A stretch of DNA of 64,000 bases, taken from the IMG/VR virus record IMGVR_UViG_3300042991_000725, positions 59,632-123,631 of that record. One strand, given 5' to 3'. The position numbers and the translations under genes are program-made. This document shows, one piece after another, positions 10,280 to 20,050 of the stretch. Each line of letters begins with the position of its first letter. The stretch's first letter is position 1. This stretch comes from a virus. Lineage: Duplodnaviria; Heunggongvirae; Uroviricota; Caudoviricetes. The notes beneath the pieces were generated by a model that was given only the letters and a program-made list of their open reading frames with translations, had not been told where the DNA came from and ran no database searches.

Positions 10280-11056
10280 TTACCCGAAGATACTTAGGTT
10301 TTGTGAATTTCCCATATGCGGGGATATAGGCATAGAAAAAGTCTTGTTTTGAGCCACAACCGTTTTTGGCTTTTCCTGTAATATGGCCATACATCTCCTT
10401 TCAAAAAATATCGGTTCTATAAAAGAATAATTGTTTTGAATATTAATCTCGTGTTGCGTACCCAAAACGCTCGCCCACTTATTCTTACCGACACACTTTA
10501 GCAAAGAAATAACCTTTCCGTCCTGAGTTTTTATTGGAAAATACAGCTTAATGCATTTTCCTTTTGTCGGCTTTCTCCAAATCTCTCCTTCCTCTATTTT
10601 TGCATCGCTTTCTACGATCCATTCGTGTATGCCAGCTCCTGTTTGATAAGTATGCCTTTTTACTTGAGATAAAAAATTATTTGCAGACCTGCTATAACTC
10701 AAAACAGGCCATTCGCCAATAGACAAAAGCTTCAAAAATAAATTGTTTTCTGCCCTTCTGTAAGCTTTAGTCTTAAGGCAAAAGAGAACTGGCCGACTTG
10801 CTTCCGACAAGCAGACATGATAGAAAAATGCATCGTTTGTTTTAGTGCAATGCAGATCTCGATCAATTTTATTTAATATGTTGGCTTTACAAATGCTTGG
10901 AAATAAACCTGTATATCCTCCCAACTCTTCTTCTACTATCATGTCCGTACAATATTGCGTAAGTAACTTCTTTAAATCATAGTCTGGACTGCTTCTATTG
11001 ACAGTCAAGAAAAAACCATGTGTTGCGCGTTCTTTTATGGTCATGGCATACCTCAA
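10280..11056 (-). CDS. hypothetical protein
   Basis: 258 aa; last gene of the operon 14130->10280; overlaps upstream gene by 4 nt. Confidence 0.5.
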   Translation of the reverse strand: MRYAMTIKERATHGFFLTVNRSSPDYDLKKLLTQYCTDMIVEEELGGYTGLFPSICKANILNKIDRDLHCTKTNDAFFYHVCLSEASRPVLFCLKTKAYRRAENNLFLKLLSIGEWPVLSYSRSANNFLSQVKRHTYQTGAGIHEWIVESDAKIEEGEIWRKPTKGKCIKLYFPIKTQDGKVISLLKCVGKNKWASVLGTQHEINIQNNYSFIEPIFFERRCMAILQEKPKTVVAQNKTFSMPISPHMGNSQNLSIFG

Positions 11057-11982
11057 ATAACAGGTTTAAATTGAGGAATAGCTCCAGTTTCTTCAGACAA
11101 TTCGGCATTTGCTTCGTCGTGTTCAACTTGACTATAAATTTTTCTCTCGTTTTCAGCAGACTCAATTTCCATAAGCCACTCTTTTTCCTCCTCGGTCAAT
11201 CCGGCATATTCATCATCTTCTGCGTCAATATCGGCCAAATCTTTTGAGAAATTGCGTGTATCTTTTGGATCATTTTTTGGATTGTCCCAATAACCATCAT
11301 ATTCATATGTCCCATTTTTCTTGAAATAACTTGCAGCATAATCGTAATCGCGAAACGGATAGACGCCAGAATAATCACCATAACTCCAAGCCTTTGTTTT
11401 GTACCCATCGTTAGAATAAAAAATTCCCTCATCTTCAATCCAATTACCGACTTTGTAAATAAACTTTGAAGTGAAAATAATTACCTTGCTTCTGCTTTCC
11501 TTTATAAAAAGCTCGATAAACTTTCTGGCTGAAGCGTACTTGGCCTCATCCTTTATCACATTGCTCAAAACATTTTTACAGAAAATCATGGTGTCTGACA
11601 CTTCGTTCTTTCTATCATTGAAAATTCCGAAGATTCCGTTATGCATAAGAAGATAGTCGTATGAACCAGACAATTTTTCCATTGTATCAAAGCGATTTGT
11701 TATTGGAAAAGGATGGGTGTGCTTCTCATTCGTCTTCCCGCTTGTTCCAATCCGTGCATGAAATGCGAACGCCGTACTTTTCATATCAACCTTTTCGCTA
11801 ATTCTTTTAATTGCACCAATTACTCCCTCTTTTGTTCTAAATCCCTTTTCAAAATAAATGCGCCCCTTCAAATAATACATGAAACCCGCACCGTCTCGAT
11901 TCGAACTCATCATATTTTCTACCTGCTTTTCCCAATCTTTGGGCATTTCTTTCTCAGACGGCTTGTACATAATTACGCACAT
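11053..11982 (-). CDS. class-II glutamine amidotransferase-like (Ntn-hydrolase, Cys2 nucleophile) protein
   Basis: Begins MCVIMYK (Cys directly after initiator Met); AFHARIGTSGKTNEKHTHPFPI fits the GATase-II HxRxxTxG...N.HPF motif; LMHNGIFGIF fits HNGxI. Confidence 0.5.
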   Translation of the reverse strand: MCVIMYKPSEKEMPKDWEKQVENMMSSNRDGAGFMYYLKGRIYFEKGFRTKEGVIGAIKRISEKVDMKSTAFAFHARIGTSGKTNEKHTHPFPITNRFDTMEKLSGSYDYLLMHNGIFGIFNDRKNEVSDTMIFCKNVLSNVIKDEAKYASARKFIELFIKESRSKVIIFTSKFIYKVGNWIEDEGIFYSNDGYKTKAWSYGDYSGVYPFRDYDYAASYFKKNGTYEYDGYWDNPKNDPKDTRNFSKDLADIDAEDDEYAGLTEEEKEWLMEIESAENERKIYSQVEHDEANAELSEETGAIPQFKPVI

Positions 11983-12881
11983 TACAGACCCCTTCCAGTA
12001 AAATAACTATTTAGTTCAACAAACTGTTGTTTGAAACAAAAATCCTTAAAAGTCTCCCATTTTGCCTCCGCAATTTTGTAAACATTATTGCTCATTACAA
12101 ATTTTCTCATGCAATGAATCAATTGAAGTGAAGCAATAAAATCGAAATGGTTCATTGTTCCCTTAAAAATTCTGAATTCGACCGTGCCTCTATTGGCAAT
12201 ATTTATGCAAATATACCTATCAATACATCTATTCTTAATGAGCTTCAAATCATAACGAGCAATTGCGCGTTTGCAATAAGAAAGTAAAGTTGGCTTGCGC
12301 CGAGAGAAAACAATCATTTGTTTCCAGAATTTTTGCATCAACCATACAAGTTTCAGAATATTTAATTGCTTGCCAGGTTCCGCACCTCCAAGAGATTCCG
12401 TCCCAAGATGAATATGTAATCCACACGTATTTTCTGCCGAACATCCTGCGTCGATTGTCAAATATTCAAAAATTTCCTTCCAATTAAATTCTTTATGAAA
12501 AGATAATGACGCTGGATTGCTTACCATTTCCATCCCGTTTCTAAGACTTCCATCATTCTTGAAGAAAATGAAATCGTGATATGCACTCAAAGATATAATA
12601 TTCTTCCTTATTTCTTTTTTCATCGAGTCATTTTCACATTCGAACTCTATTTCAACACCAAAAAATTCTTTATTTCTGACGAAACTGCGCTCTAATGGCT
12701 CTTTTCCAGTTTTAAAAAAGTAAAGGTCCAATTTTTTGTAATTATGCGGGAATAACTGAACAAAAAACTCGAAACAACCGCTGCATAAGCAAGTCCCATT
12801 CCTTAGTTTATACAACAGAGGGCTGTTTCCGCAAGAGCATGTTCCACCAAAGTCCTCGTTTTGGTAAAAAATCCTGTTCAT
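11982..12881 (-). CDS. amidoligase-like protein (Pfam Amidoligase_2-like, glutamine-synthetase-like fold)
   Basis: 299 aa; FGVEIEFE, CGLHIHLG, TVEFRIFKGT motifs shared with the paralog 12898..14130; the amidoligase assignment is from motif recall, not verified. Confidence 0.4.
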   Translation of the reverse strand: MNRIFYQNEDFGGTCSCGNSPLLYKLRNGTCLCSGCFEFFVQLFPHNYKKLDLYFFKTGKEPLERSFVRNKEFFGVEIEFECENDSMKKEIRKNIISLSAYHDFIFFKNDGSLRNGMEMVSNPASLSFHKEFNWKEIFEYLTIDAGCSAENTCGLHIHLGTESLGGAEPGKQLNILKLVWLMQKFWKQMIVFSRRKPTLLSYCKRAIARYDLKLIKNRCIDRYICINIANRGTVEFRIFKGTMNHFDFIASLQLIHCMRKFVMSNNVYKIAEAKWETFKDFCFKQQFVELNSYFTGRGL

Positions 12882-12897
12882 ATTCCCTCCAGCGGAT

Positions 12898-14130
12898 TTA
12901 TATTTTCTTTTCGCTAAATGGCGGCAACAGTCTTTTTTCGTCTAAATATTTGAATAGCATTTTAAATTCATATTTTGCCGCAAACTTCAAATAATCCTGC
13001 CATTGCATCTTGCTGATTTTCTTAACCGGAGTGGCTCTGACAAAATGACAAAAGGTGTGAACAAATTCCAATGTGGCTATTAGCGTAGAATATCTCAGTG
13101 TTCCATTAAAGATTCTGAATTCGGATGTTCTGCTCGGTGTTATATTAATACAGAAAAACTTCCCGTATTCACTACACTTATTTTTTACTTTTTGCAGATT
13201 GGTTATTGAATCATAACGGCGACAAAAGGTGTCAATCTGGCCGCTTTTTCGTCTGGAGAATTTTACAATTTCTGGCCAAAATTTTTGTGCCATCAAAATT
13301 AATTTCAAATCAGATATATCTTGGCCGCCACTATTCTTAGCAAAAAAGTCCTTGTTCACATGAACATGGAGGCCACAATTCCCTGCGTCATGGGACGTGC
13401 ATCCATTTTTTTCCAAATATGAAACAATCTCCTCCCAGCAAAAAAACTTGTGAAAATTTAATGTTCCCGGGTGAGACACGGCCTCAATTCCACAGCGAAG
13501 GCTCTCGTCTTCTTTGTAATACAAAAAATCGCTATCTTTTCTTTTCATCCAATCTACAATAGAGTGTCGGTCTCCATCCACTTCAAATTCCAATTCGACG
13601 CCAAGAAACAATTTTCTCGCAACGCCAAAATCTTCTTTGGTCTCTTTAAAGTTTGGGCTTGGCTTGTAATCGTGATTAAAGAGGGAGGAGCATTCTTCGG
13701 ACGCATCTGCACAATTATTGCAAAGGCAAGAGTTAGAACTAGAACAATCATCATTATGATAAGTTTCTCTGCAAGAATCGCAAACAAAATAGTCGTTTTC
13801 ATAACAATAATCACAAAGAAGTTTAGATCCATGAAAGCAAGCGTATTCGCTAATTCTGTCACTATCAAAAGAAATCTGACCACAATTCTCGCAAGTGATG
13901 GCTTTTTCTTTTGCACAAGCCGTGCAGGCTAAATTGCCATCACTATCTTTTTCAAGTTCGCTCATTGGGAATAATTCAGAACACAAAAAACATTGTATCA
14001 AATCATTGTAACACTTTTTGCAGTAAAACTTTCCGTTGGTACTGCCCGTTTCTTCTACGCAAGAAATCTCGTCGCACATAGCACACTGAATACCATGCTC
14101 CTCAATTGTATCGACATTCTGTTCGGCCAT
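12898..14130 (-). CDS. multi-zinc-ribbon + amidoligase-like protein
   Basis: 410 aa; N-terminal ~150 aa holds >10 CxxC pairs; C-terminal half is paralogous to 11982..12881 (LGVELEFE, CGLHVHV, TSEFRIFNGT). Confidence 0.4.
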   Translation of the reverse strand: MAEQNVDTIEEHGIQCAMCDEISCVEETGSTNGKFYCKKCYNDLIQCFLCSELFPMSELEKDSDGNLACTACAKEKAITCENCGQISFDSDRISEYACFHGSKLLCDYCYENDYFVCDSCRETYHNDDCSSSNSCLCNNCADASEECSSLFNHDYKPSPNFKETKEDFGVARKLFLGVELEFEVDGDRHSIVDWMKRKDSDFLYYKEDESLRCGIEAVSHPGTLNFHKFFCWEEIVSYLEKNGCTSHDAGNCGLHVHVNKDFFAKNSGGQDISDLKLILMAQKFWPEIVKFSRRKSGQIDTFCRRYDSITNLQKVKNKCSEYGKFFCINITPSRTSEFRIFNGTLRYSTLIATLEFVHTFCHFVRATPVKKISKMQWQDYLKFAAKYEFKMLFKYLDEKRLLPPFSEKKI

Positions 14131-14302
14131 TTTCTTCTCCTATGAAATATGGGATCTTGTTTATCCAATTAAAATCTTGTAAAGAAGATAATTGGCAGAA
14201 ACTAACAGAACGATTGCATTCAATACAGCAATAAAAAAATCTTTCCATAAAACACAATGATTTGGCTTCAAGGCCGGAGCCCTCCATAAAAAAATGATAA
14301 AA

Positions 14303-14383
14303 TGCCGATGGCGGGAGTCGAACCCGCATGGGAAATCCCGGCGGCTTTTAAGGCCGCTGTGTCTGCCATTCCACCACATCGGC
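14303..14383 (-). tRNA. tRNA-Leu (anticodon UAA)
   Basis: Cloverleaf on minus strand: acceptor GCCGATG/CATCGGC+A, anticodon loop CU-UAA-AA, long variable arm (type II), T-arm GGGTTCGACTCCC. Confidence 0.75.
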
Positions 14384-14811
14384 TAAAACTTTAGTCTTTT
14401 GTCCAAAGCCAAACTATAGAAAAAAAGAAAAGATATATAAATGCTGCCGATTGAACTTGGTAAATATCCTTCAAAACTTCTAAAATTTCTTTATCCACGG
14501 TGGTCCCTCCCTGATCGAGTACTTATACGGTTTTCTCCAATCACGGCTCCTTTATTTCTTCCATTTTAATCAAAACTACACCATAACCCAGCGGAACAGC
14601 GCGCAGTTGCCTGATTATTCCCGCGTATATTACGCGGTCCCTGTCGTTCAGCAAAACTTGCTTCCAATTTTGTGTCGTCATCCTTTGTGTGTACCGCTCT
14701 CCCAACAGACAAAATCCTTGAAGGTCTACGCTCTCGCTCATTTTGCGGTCTCCTTCCCAAGTATAACTGTTTCAATCAGTTCTTCCCATCCGCCGTTTCC
14801 CCGAAATAAAA

Positions 14812-15381
14812 TTAATAGATTAATTCCGTCGCCTTCGTGTGTTGCTCCCAAAGGTCAATGATCATTTTTTTGTGCGTCTTCCACCATGGCAACGTATCTT
14901 TGCACATTGCCGATATTTGCTGGTCCGTAAACGCGAACCACTTCGCGGCATCATGGATTTGGTACCCGATTTGAATATGTTTTTCGGTTATACATATTGG
15001 CCACTTGAGTCCCAAGATTTGAACCGGAGCCTTTTTTATTTCTTCTCCGTACAGGATTGCGCCGTACAGGCTAGCACCGCATAGGTTTGTACAGGAAACG
15101 TCTACACAGGAAAAGTTTGCGCCGTACAAGCTTGCATAAGACAGATTTACGTAAGACAAATTTGCATAGGAAAAATTTGCATAGGAAAGGTTTGCACAGG
15201 AAAAGTTTACACAGGAAAGGTTTCCGCCGTACAGGTTTATGTTGCACAGATTTGTGTAAGACAGATTTGCACCGTACAGGCTTACGCGGGATCTTATCGC
15301 TATTTCGACAGCCTCCTTGACCGATTCCGCATCACACTCGAAAATTACCAAATCAAGGTGATTGAATATCTGGATATTCAT
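14812..15381 (-). CDS. pentapeptide-repeat protein
   Basis: Start at internal ATG 15381 with GGAGG SD; ~20 consecutive A(N/D)LSx pentapeptides (ANLSYTNLCNINLYGGNLSCVNFSCANLSYANFSYANLSYVNLSYASLYGANFSC...). Confidence 0.7.
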   Translation of the reverse strand: MNIQIFNHLDLVIFECDAESVKEAVEIAIRSRVSLYGANLSYTNLCNINLYGGNLSCVNFSCANLSYANFSYANLSYVNLSYASLYGANFSCVDVSCTNLCGASLYGAILYGEEIKKAPVQILGLKWPICITEKHIQIGYQIHDAAKWFAFTDQQISAMCKDTLPWWKTHKKMIIDLWEQHTKATELIY

Positions 15382-15647
15382 TTTCCGGCCTCCTTCCACT
15401 GGCCTATCAGTCTCTGGCCAAATGCCCATAGAATTTCAATTTTTCCATCTTCTTCTAAAAGCTGCATTGCGTCGGCATAGGACGAGAGGCCGTTGGAATC
15501 CAATTTGCCTTTGCAAAAACACGCCTGATTTATTGTCCCGATCAGTGCCTCCTGATACTTTTCCAGTTCCGATTTGAGCCGGGAAATCTCGTTTTCCAAA
15601 TCAGAAACACACCGACAATCATTCACAGATTCACATATTTCGATCAT
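15378..15647 (-). CDS. hypothetical coiled-coil protein
   Basis: 89 aa; overlaps downstream gene by 4 nt. Confidence 0.4.
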   Translation of the reverse strand: MIEICESVNDCRCVSDLENEISRLKSELEKYQEALIGTINQACFCKGKLDSNGLSSYADAMQLLEEDGKIEILWAFGQRLIGQWKEAGK

Positions 15648-15703
15648 TTTGCGGCCTCCTTGTAGTGTTCGCGCCGAACTTCCAAAATTTCTTTATCCAT
15701 TAT

Positions 15704-15949
15704 TCATACCTCTACTATTTTAATCTTTGGATTATTGAGTTTCGACCACTGTTTATTGTCAATCTTATATGCTTTAATTCTGTAAATCATGGTGCACTTT
15801 CTATTTTCTGCATCCGAAATTTTGCCAAAGAACCTTGCATCTCTTGCGGCTCCTACCAAACTAATTCTTCCATAAAACGGGCCAAAGTCTGAGCGAGAAA
15901 CATACTTATTTCTGCCCACTTTGATAGCATATCTTTTCTTATTATCCAC
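15704..15949 (-). CDS. hypothetical protein
   Basis: 81-aa basic ORF. Confidence 0.35.
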   Translation of the reverse strand: MDNKKRYAIKVGRNKYVSRSDFGPFYGRISLVGAARDARFFGKISDAENRKCTMIYRIKAYKIDNKQWSKLNNPKIKIVEV

Positions 15950-16143
15950 GGCTACGGCCCCCTGAAAGAAGCCCGCGACTTTTCAGATAATAAAAAATAT
16001 TCGAAAAATCAACCATTGATCTTTTGGCCCGAACAAACTTTTCATCTTTTGGAATTGGCACAAACTGTTTTTGCTGCGAGCCACGAACGAATAGAGCGTT
16101 TATTTTCAGAGTTTTCATGAAACGACCTTTCAATAAAAACAAA

Positions 16144-16482
16144 TCATTCCTGATCTGAAAAGACGGGCTCTTCGTCTTTTATCCCCAGAGATTCCACAAA
16201 ATCAGCATCTTTTTGCAAAGACTGATTAACAGTAAATGAGGCCAACGCGATATTTGTAAATCCAACTTCATCCAGCGAAATTTCCATAGGATTTCCCATA
16301 GAGTCCTGCCTATAAATCCAGACTAACGAATGGAGGCCGGAGGATTCACGGCATCGGAAACAAAATCTGTCATCATCTTCTGTGATACTCCTTACATCAT
16401 TCTCAAAAAGACGGTAGGCCACGCCATAAATATCCTTGAAACTCTCTTCGGAACGGCCAGCGAAACTGATTCCGTAACGCAT
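16144..16482 (-). CDS. hypothetical protein
   Basis: 112-aa ORF. Confidence 0.4.
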   Translation of the reverse strand: MRYGISFAGRSEESFKDIYGVAYRLFENDVRSITEDDDRFCFRCRESSGLHSLVWIYRQDSMGNPMEISLDEVGFTNIALASFTVNQSLQKDADFVESLGIKDEEPVFSDQE

Positions 16483-16509
16483 AAGAAATCCCCTTCAAAT
16501 GATTGGCTT

Positions 16510-16869
16510 TTACGCTACTTTTTCGGTATTTTCCGCCATGATAGAATCAATTTCTTTTAATGCTTGTTCTGTAGATAACGCCGCATAATTCCGAAATTCA
16601 TCTGGGCTCATTTTGTATTTGATAGTATCCACATACAACTTTCCAATTGCCACACAAAGATTATGCAGAGCATCACTACGAATTGTAGAAATAATTTTTC
16701 CGTGAATATTTGTTGCCATGATATCCAGAACATAAACGCAAAGTTTGGGCAAATCTTCGCTAATTTCGTCAAGAAATATAGATATTGTTTCCCCTTTTTT
16801 TGTAGTAACTTTGCCAAAATGCACGACGAAACTTTCCGCGCCCGCCTTAATTAATTGGTCACGCGTCAT
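16510..16869 (-). CDS. hypothetical protein
   Basis: 119-aa ORF. Confidence 0.4.
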   Translation of the reverse strand: MTRDQLIKAGAESFVVHFGKVTTKKGETISIFLDEISEDLPKLCVYVLDIMATNIHGKIISTIRSDALHNLCVAIGKLYVDTIKYKMSPDEFRNYAALSTEQALKEIDSIMAENTEKVA

Positions 16870-16874
16870 GATTT

Positions 16875-17231
16875 TTATTCTTTCTCATTAAAAGGTTTTA
16901 CTGTTTTTGAAAAATCAGCTCCCAATTCAATATAGTGGTCGCATCTTTTATCGTCTCTGCCAACCAAATAAACATTTCCTGCACTTCCTTTTTCGATTCT
17001 CGTAAAAACTACACAAACATTGCCTTCTAATCTCCCAGATAAATCGTGATCGTTAACAATAAATTTTTGTTTAGAATCAATAAGTTTTTTTGCTTCCTTC
17101 GCAACGAACTTGGTCAAATCACTGTATTTATCTATTAGTTTGCTCTGGATATGCAAACTCTTTATTACTTTTTCGTATGATGTTATCTGTTCAAACTCCA
17201 TTTTCACTTTTTCATCTACAATTTTGGTCAC
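16875..17231 (-). CDS. hypothetical protein
   Basis: 118-aa ORF. Confidence 0.4.
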   Translation of the reverse strand: MTKIVDEKVKMEFEQITSYEKVIKSLHIQSKLIDKYSDLTKFVAKEAKKLIDSKQKFIVNDHDLSGRLEGNVCVVFTRIEKGSAGNVYLVGRDDKRCDHYIELGADFSKTVKPFNEKE

Positions 17232-17261
17232 GGCTATTGCCCCTTAAAAAGATGGGAAAAA

Positions 17262-17531
17262 TTAATAGTCACTACTTTCGTCGAAATCTACAACGCCGTT
17301 ATTAGAATTTGAAAGGGAAACGATTTTCCACTCGCTTTCTGGGTAGATAAAAGATCTATCTTCCTTCTCTAACCATCCTTTTACCTTAGATACCGCATCG
17401 TCCTTAGAGTCTGCAATAATGGTTACACTTTTTAGGTACGGATTAAAATAACTCCCACATTTCGACCAACACAAAATCTTAAACATTTCCATATTATCGC
17501 CCTTCAAAAAATCAACTTTCCAGCATTTCAT
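17262..17531 (-). CDS. hypothetical protein
   Basis: 89-aa ORF. Confidence 0.35.
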   Translation of the reverse strand: MKCWKVDFLKGDNMEMFKILCWSKCGSYFNPYLKSVTIIADSKDDAVSKVKGWLEKEDRSFIYPESEWKIVSLSNSNNGVVDFDESSDY

Positions 17532-17877
17532 AAGGGAACCGATATTTCCCCTCTTCCATCATAATCCTTGCTGTTTCTGCATGTATTTTATAAGAGAAAA
17601 GGATGGAATCAATGAGTTTGTTGGCAAAAGCGACCTCTGACTTGTTTTCAGAATTACAAATTGTTTTTAGTGCATTTTTGTAACAAATTAGAAGGTGAGA
17701 AGCTCTATCTCGATGATACTGCAAAGTTTCGGCGTTCTTAACTTCATCTGAAAGATCGTCAATCCAATAATTCCAAGGGGATGAAAATTCAAAAATATCT
17801 CTGTCAATTCCAGAATCATTTACTGGTTCAGTCTTGAACTTGCCAATCAAATCGGCGGCATTATAAATTCTTGTCAT
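17512..17877 (-). CDS. hypothetical protein
   Basis: 121-aa ORF. Confidence 0.4.
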   Translation of the reverse strand: MTRIYNAADLIGKFKTEPVNDSGIDRDIFEFSSPWNYWIDDLSDEVKNAETLQYHRDRASHLLICYKNALKTICNSENKSEVAFANKLIDSILFSYKIHAETARIMMEEGKYRFPYEMLES

Positions 17878-17985
17878 TTGTAAGTCCTTTTAAGACAAAG
17901 ACATAAGTGGGAAACATTAAATACAAGAAATTACGGTGTATATTATAGTAGTTAACGGGCAATTGTGGTGTTTCATAAAATCATA

Positions 17986-18027
17986 AAAAGCCAGACGAAT
18001 CAACGCCCGTTGACGCTGGCTTTTTTA
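17986..18027. terminator. bidirectional rho-independent terminator
   Basis: AAAAAGCCAGACGAATCAACGCCCGTTGACGCTGGCTTTTTT: GC-rich hairpin flanked by an A-run upstream and a T-run downstream. Confidence 0.5.
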
Positions 18028-18338
18028 TTTTCTGAGTGAAGTAAAAGTTTTCAAATATGTCCAACTATAAGACAGGAGAGGTTTTCCATTTATGGCCTTT
18101 TGCCACGGCTAAGATTCATAGTCAAAAAAATGGCCATTGAGATACAAGACGAAACAGAATTTTCCAGACTAAACATCTGGTTTTTCCGGGCATCTGAGTG
18201 GGTAGTGGAGGGCGACATTTCGCTCCCGGTTGATAAGATCGGCCCACAAAACCAGCGCATCCCGGTCCGCAAGTGATAAAGAAAAAAATTCTGGAAATTA
18301 AATTTTGTAATTCTCTCTAATTCCTGTTATATATATTA

Positions 18339-18674
18339 TCACGAAGGGGGCTGGTCTAAAGTAGATGTGTGTAAAAAAGAAACACTTTTTAATTTTTCTA
18401 ATCTTTCTCTTTTCCTCTTGTTCCTTCTGGTCTTAAAATCGCAATCAGTATCATTCAAAATAACTCTGTGAATCTCTGCGAAATCACGATGATCAATACC
18501 GTCACCTTTATCATTTCTGTTCGGATTATTCCATCCACGAAAATTGGCAAGAACTTCAAAATTGTTTTGGATAAAATTGTGAGCACGTCTGGCATTGGCA
18601 AAGGCAAGATAGGTTTCTTTACGTCCACATTCTGTTTCATAAGAAATCTTTACAATCCAAACTTTCATTTTCAA
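18339..18674 (-). CDS. hypothetical protein
   Basis: 111-aa ORF. Confidence 0.4.
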   Translation of the reverse strand: MKMKVWIVKISYETECGRKETYLAFANARRAHNFIQNNFEVLANFRGWNNPNRNDKGDGIDHRDFAEIHRVILNDTDCDFKTRRNKRKRERLEKLKSVSFLHTSTLDQPPS

Positions 18675-18883
18675 TCTCCTTAATTTTTTCTTTCTTCTAA
18701 TCTCTTTCGTTCAAAAAATCAAGAGAAAGAATAGATGCTTTTTGTTTTTTAAGCGGAAGCATCTAAAACCGCGCTAAAGTTGAGGCATCACGCCTTTCAA
18801 ACTCTCATTATTTTGGTGGCGAGAGATACCACGCAACAAATTAAATCTTAGGGCGGGTCCATGGCTGATCCCTTTCAAAAAAA

Positions 18884-19099
18884 TTACGCTCCCAAATTTT
18901 CATTCATCTTTTTAACCTGTTCTGAAACATTAATCCCTTCACAAATTAAATCTCCGTTTGGCCGGACAACAATATCATAAATCTGATTGCCCACCCAAAT
19001 ATCCGCATAAACAATCGCGGATTCGCTGTTTCCGTCTTGGATATCAATTGTATAACCCTTGCGAATTACTGTGATTACATTATCATTTGGGTCAGTCAT
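18884..19099 (-). CDS. hypothetical protein
   Basis: 71-aa ORF. Confidence 0.35.
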   Translation of the reverse strand: MTDPNDNVITVIRKGYTIDIQDGNSESAIVYADIWVGNQIYDIVVRPNGDLICEGINVSEQVKKMNENLGA

Positions 19100-19246
19100 T
19101 TTTCTTTTCCCTTCAATTTTCGGTCACAATCGGCCAGAATTTCCAAAATGAATTTCGAAATCCGCGCAAGCTGTTTTTGCTCCGCCTAATCCGCACAATA
19201 AAAACGGCTGGAACAAAATTGTTGTCAGCCGTCTGAATTGCGTAGA

Positions 19247-19477
19247 TTATGCAAAAACAGGGTCTCTAATAATCCGCGAAACCTTGAGAGATACCGCCTT
19301 TTTCTTCAGTTCTCTTTCTTCCTCTTGGGTAATCACACAAGCCAGATCGTATTTCCCGCCACAGATTTCACATGGAACTTCAGGATCATTTATGCAATAT
19401 CCTGTCAGCATCGTGAATTTCTTCCACGGCTTTCTCTCTGTTTCGTTCTGGATGATGCAGTTCCTACAGACTAACAT
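19247..19477 (-). CDS. zinc-ribbon protein
   Basis: 76 aa; CRNC...CEIC. Confidence 0.35.
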   Translation of the reverse strand: MLVCRNCIIQNETERKPWKKFTMLTGYCINDPEVPCEICGGKYDLACVITQEEERELKKKAVSLKVSRIIRDPVFA

Positions 19478-19519
19478 GACATGGTCCTTCCAAAATTAGA
19501 TAATTGGCATTTTCAAAAA

Positions 19520-19702
19520 CTACACTTTGAAAATAAAATTGCATTTGCGACAAACATACGTCTGTTTTGTGAGAAAAAGCAGAAGTCCGACAGGGAAAAG
19601 CAGAAAAGCGAAAATAATAAGAGCACAACCAAATCCGCCATCTGCAATTCCATTACATTTTGGACAAGATAATTGACTGCAAGCCATAAAAAATCCTTTC
19701 AA
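19520..19702 (-). CDS. small membrane zinc-ribbon protein
   Basis: 60 aa; CPKC...CRKC flanking a hydrophobic helix. Confidence 0.35.
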   Translation of the reverse strand: MKGFFMACSQLSCPKCNGIADGGFGCALIIFAFLLFPVGLLLFLTKQTYVCRKCNFIFKV

Positions 19703-19715
19703 TAAAGGTAAAAAA

Positions 19716-19788
19716 TGACGGCGGAGGGAATTGAACCCTCGACCCCCGGATTAAAAATCCGATGTTCTGCCAACTGAACTACGCCGTC
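19716..19788 (-). tRNA. tRNA-Lys (anticodon UUU)
   Basis: Minus-strand cloverleaf: acceptor GACGGCG/CGCCGTC+A, anticodon loop UU-UUU-AA, T-arm GGGTTCAATTCCC. Confidence 0.75.
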
Positions 19789-19814
19789 TTTTCGTCAAAA
19801 AACGTTTTCCATTT

Positions 19815-20048
19815 TTATTCATAAATACTTTTTATTTCCCATCCGACAATAACACCTTTTCCGTCGTAAATCTGGACGGCTCCTAACGTCCCCGAAAGAC
19901 GAGGTTCTACATTTAAGGTGTAATCGTCGTGCTCCGTTCTCTCGTAATTCCTGTTTATGTACATCTTATTTCTCCTGTAAAAAATCCGGGCAACCCCCTT
20001 TATAAGAGAAGAACCATTAGGTTTTGGTGTTTCCCATAATTTAATCAA
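19815..20048 (-). CDS. hypothetical protein
   Basis: 77-aa ORF. Confidence 0.35.
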   Translation of the reverse strand: MIKLWETPKPNGSSLIKGVARIFYRRNKMYINRNYERTEHDDYTLNVEPRLSGTLGAVQIYDGKGVIVGWEIKSIYE

Positions 20049-20050
20049 TG

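Noticed and set aside
14102-14379. ORFs 14102..14329 and 14161..14379
   Set aside because: Overlap the minus-strand tRNA-Leu(UAA) and the 5' region of the upstream operon; no RBS.
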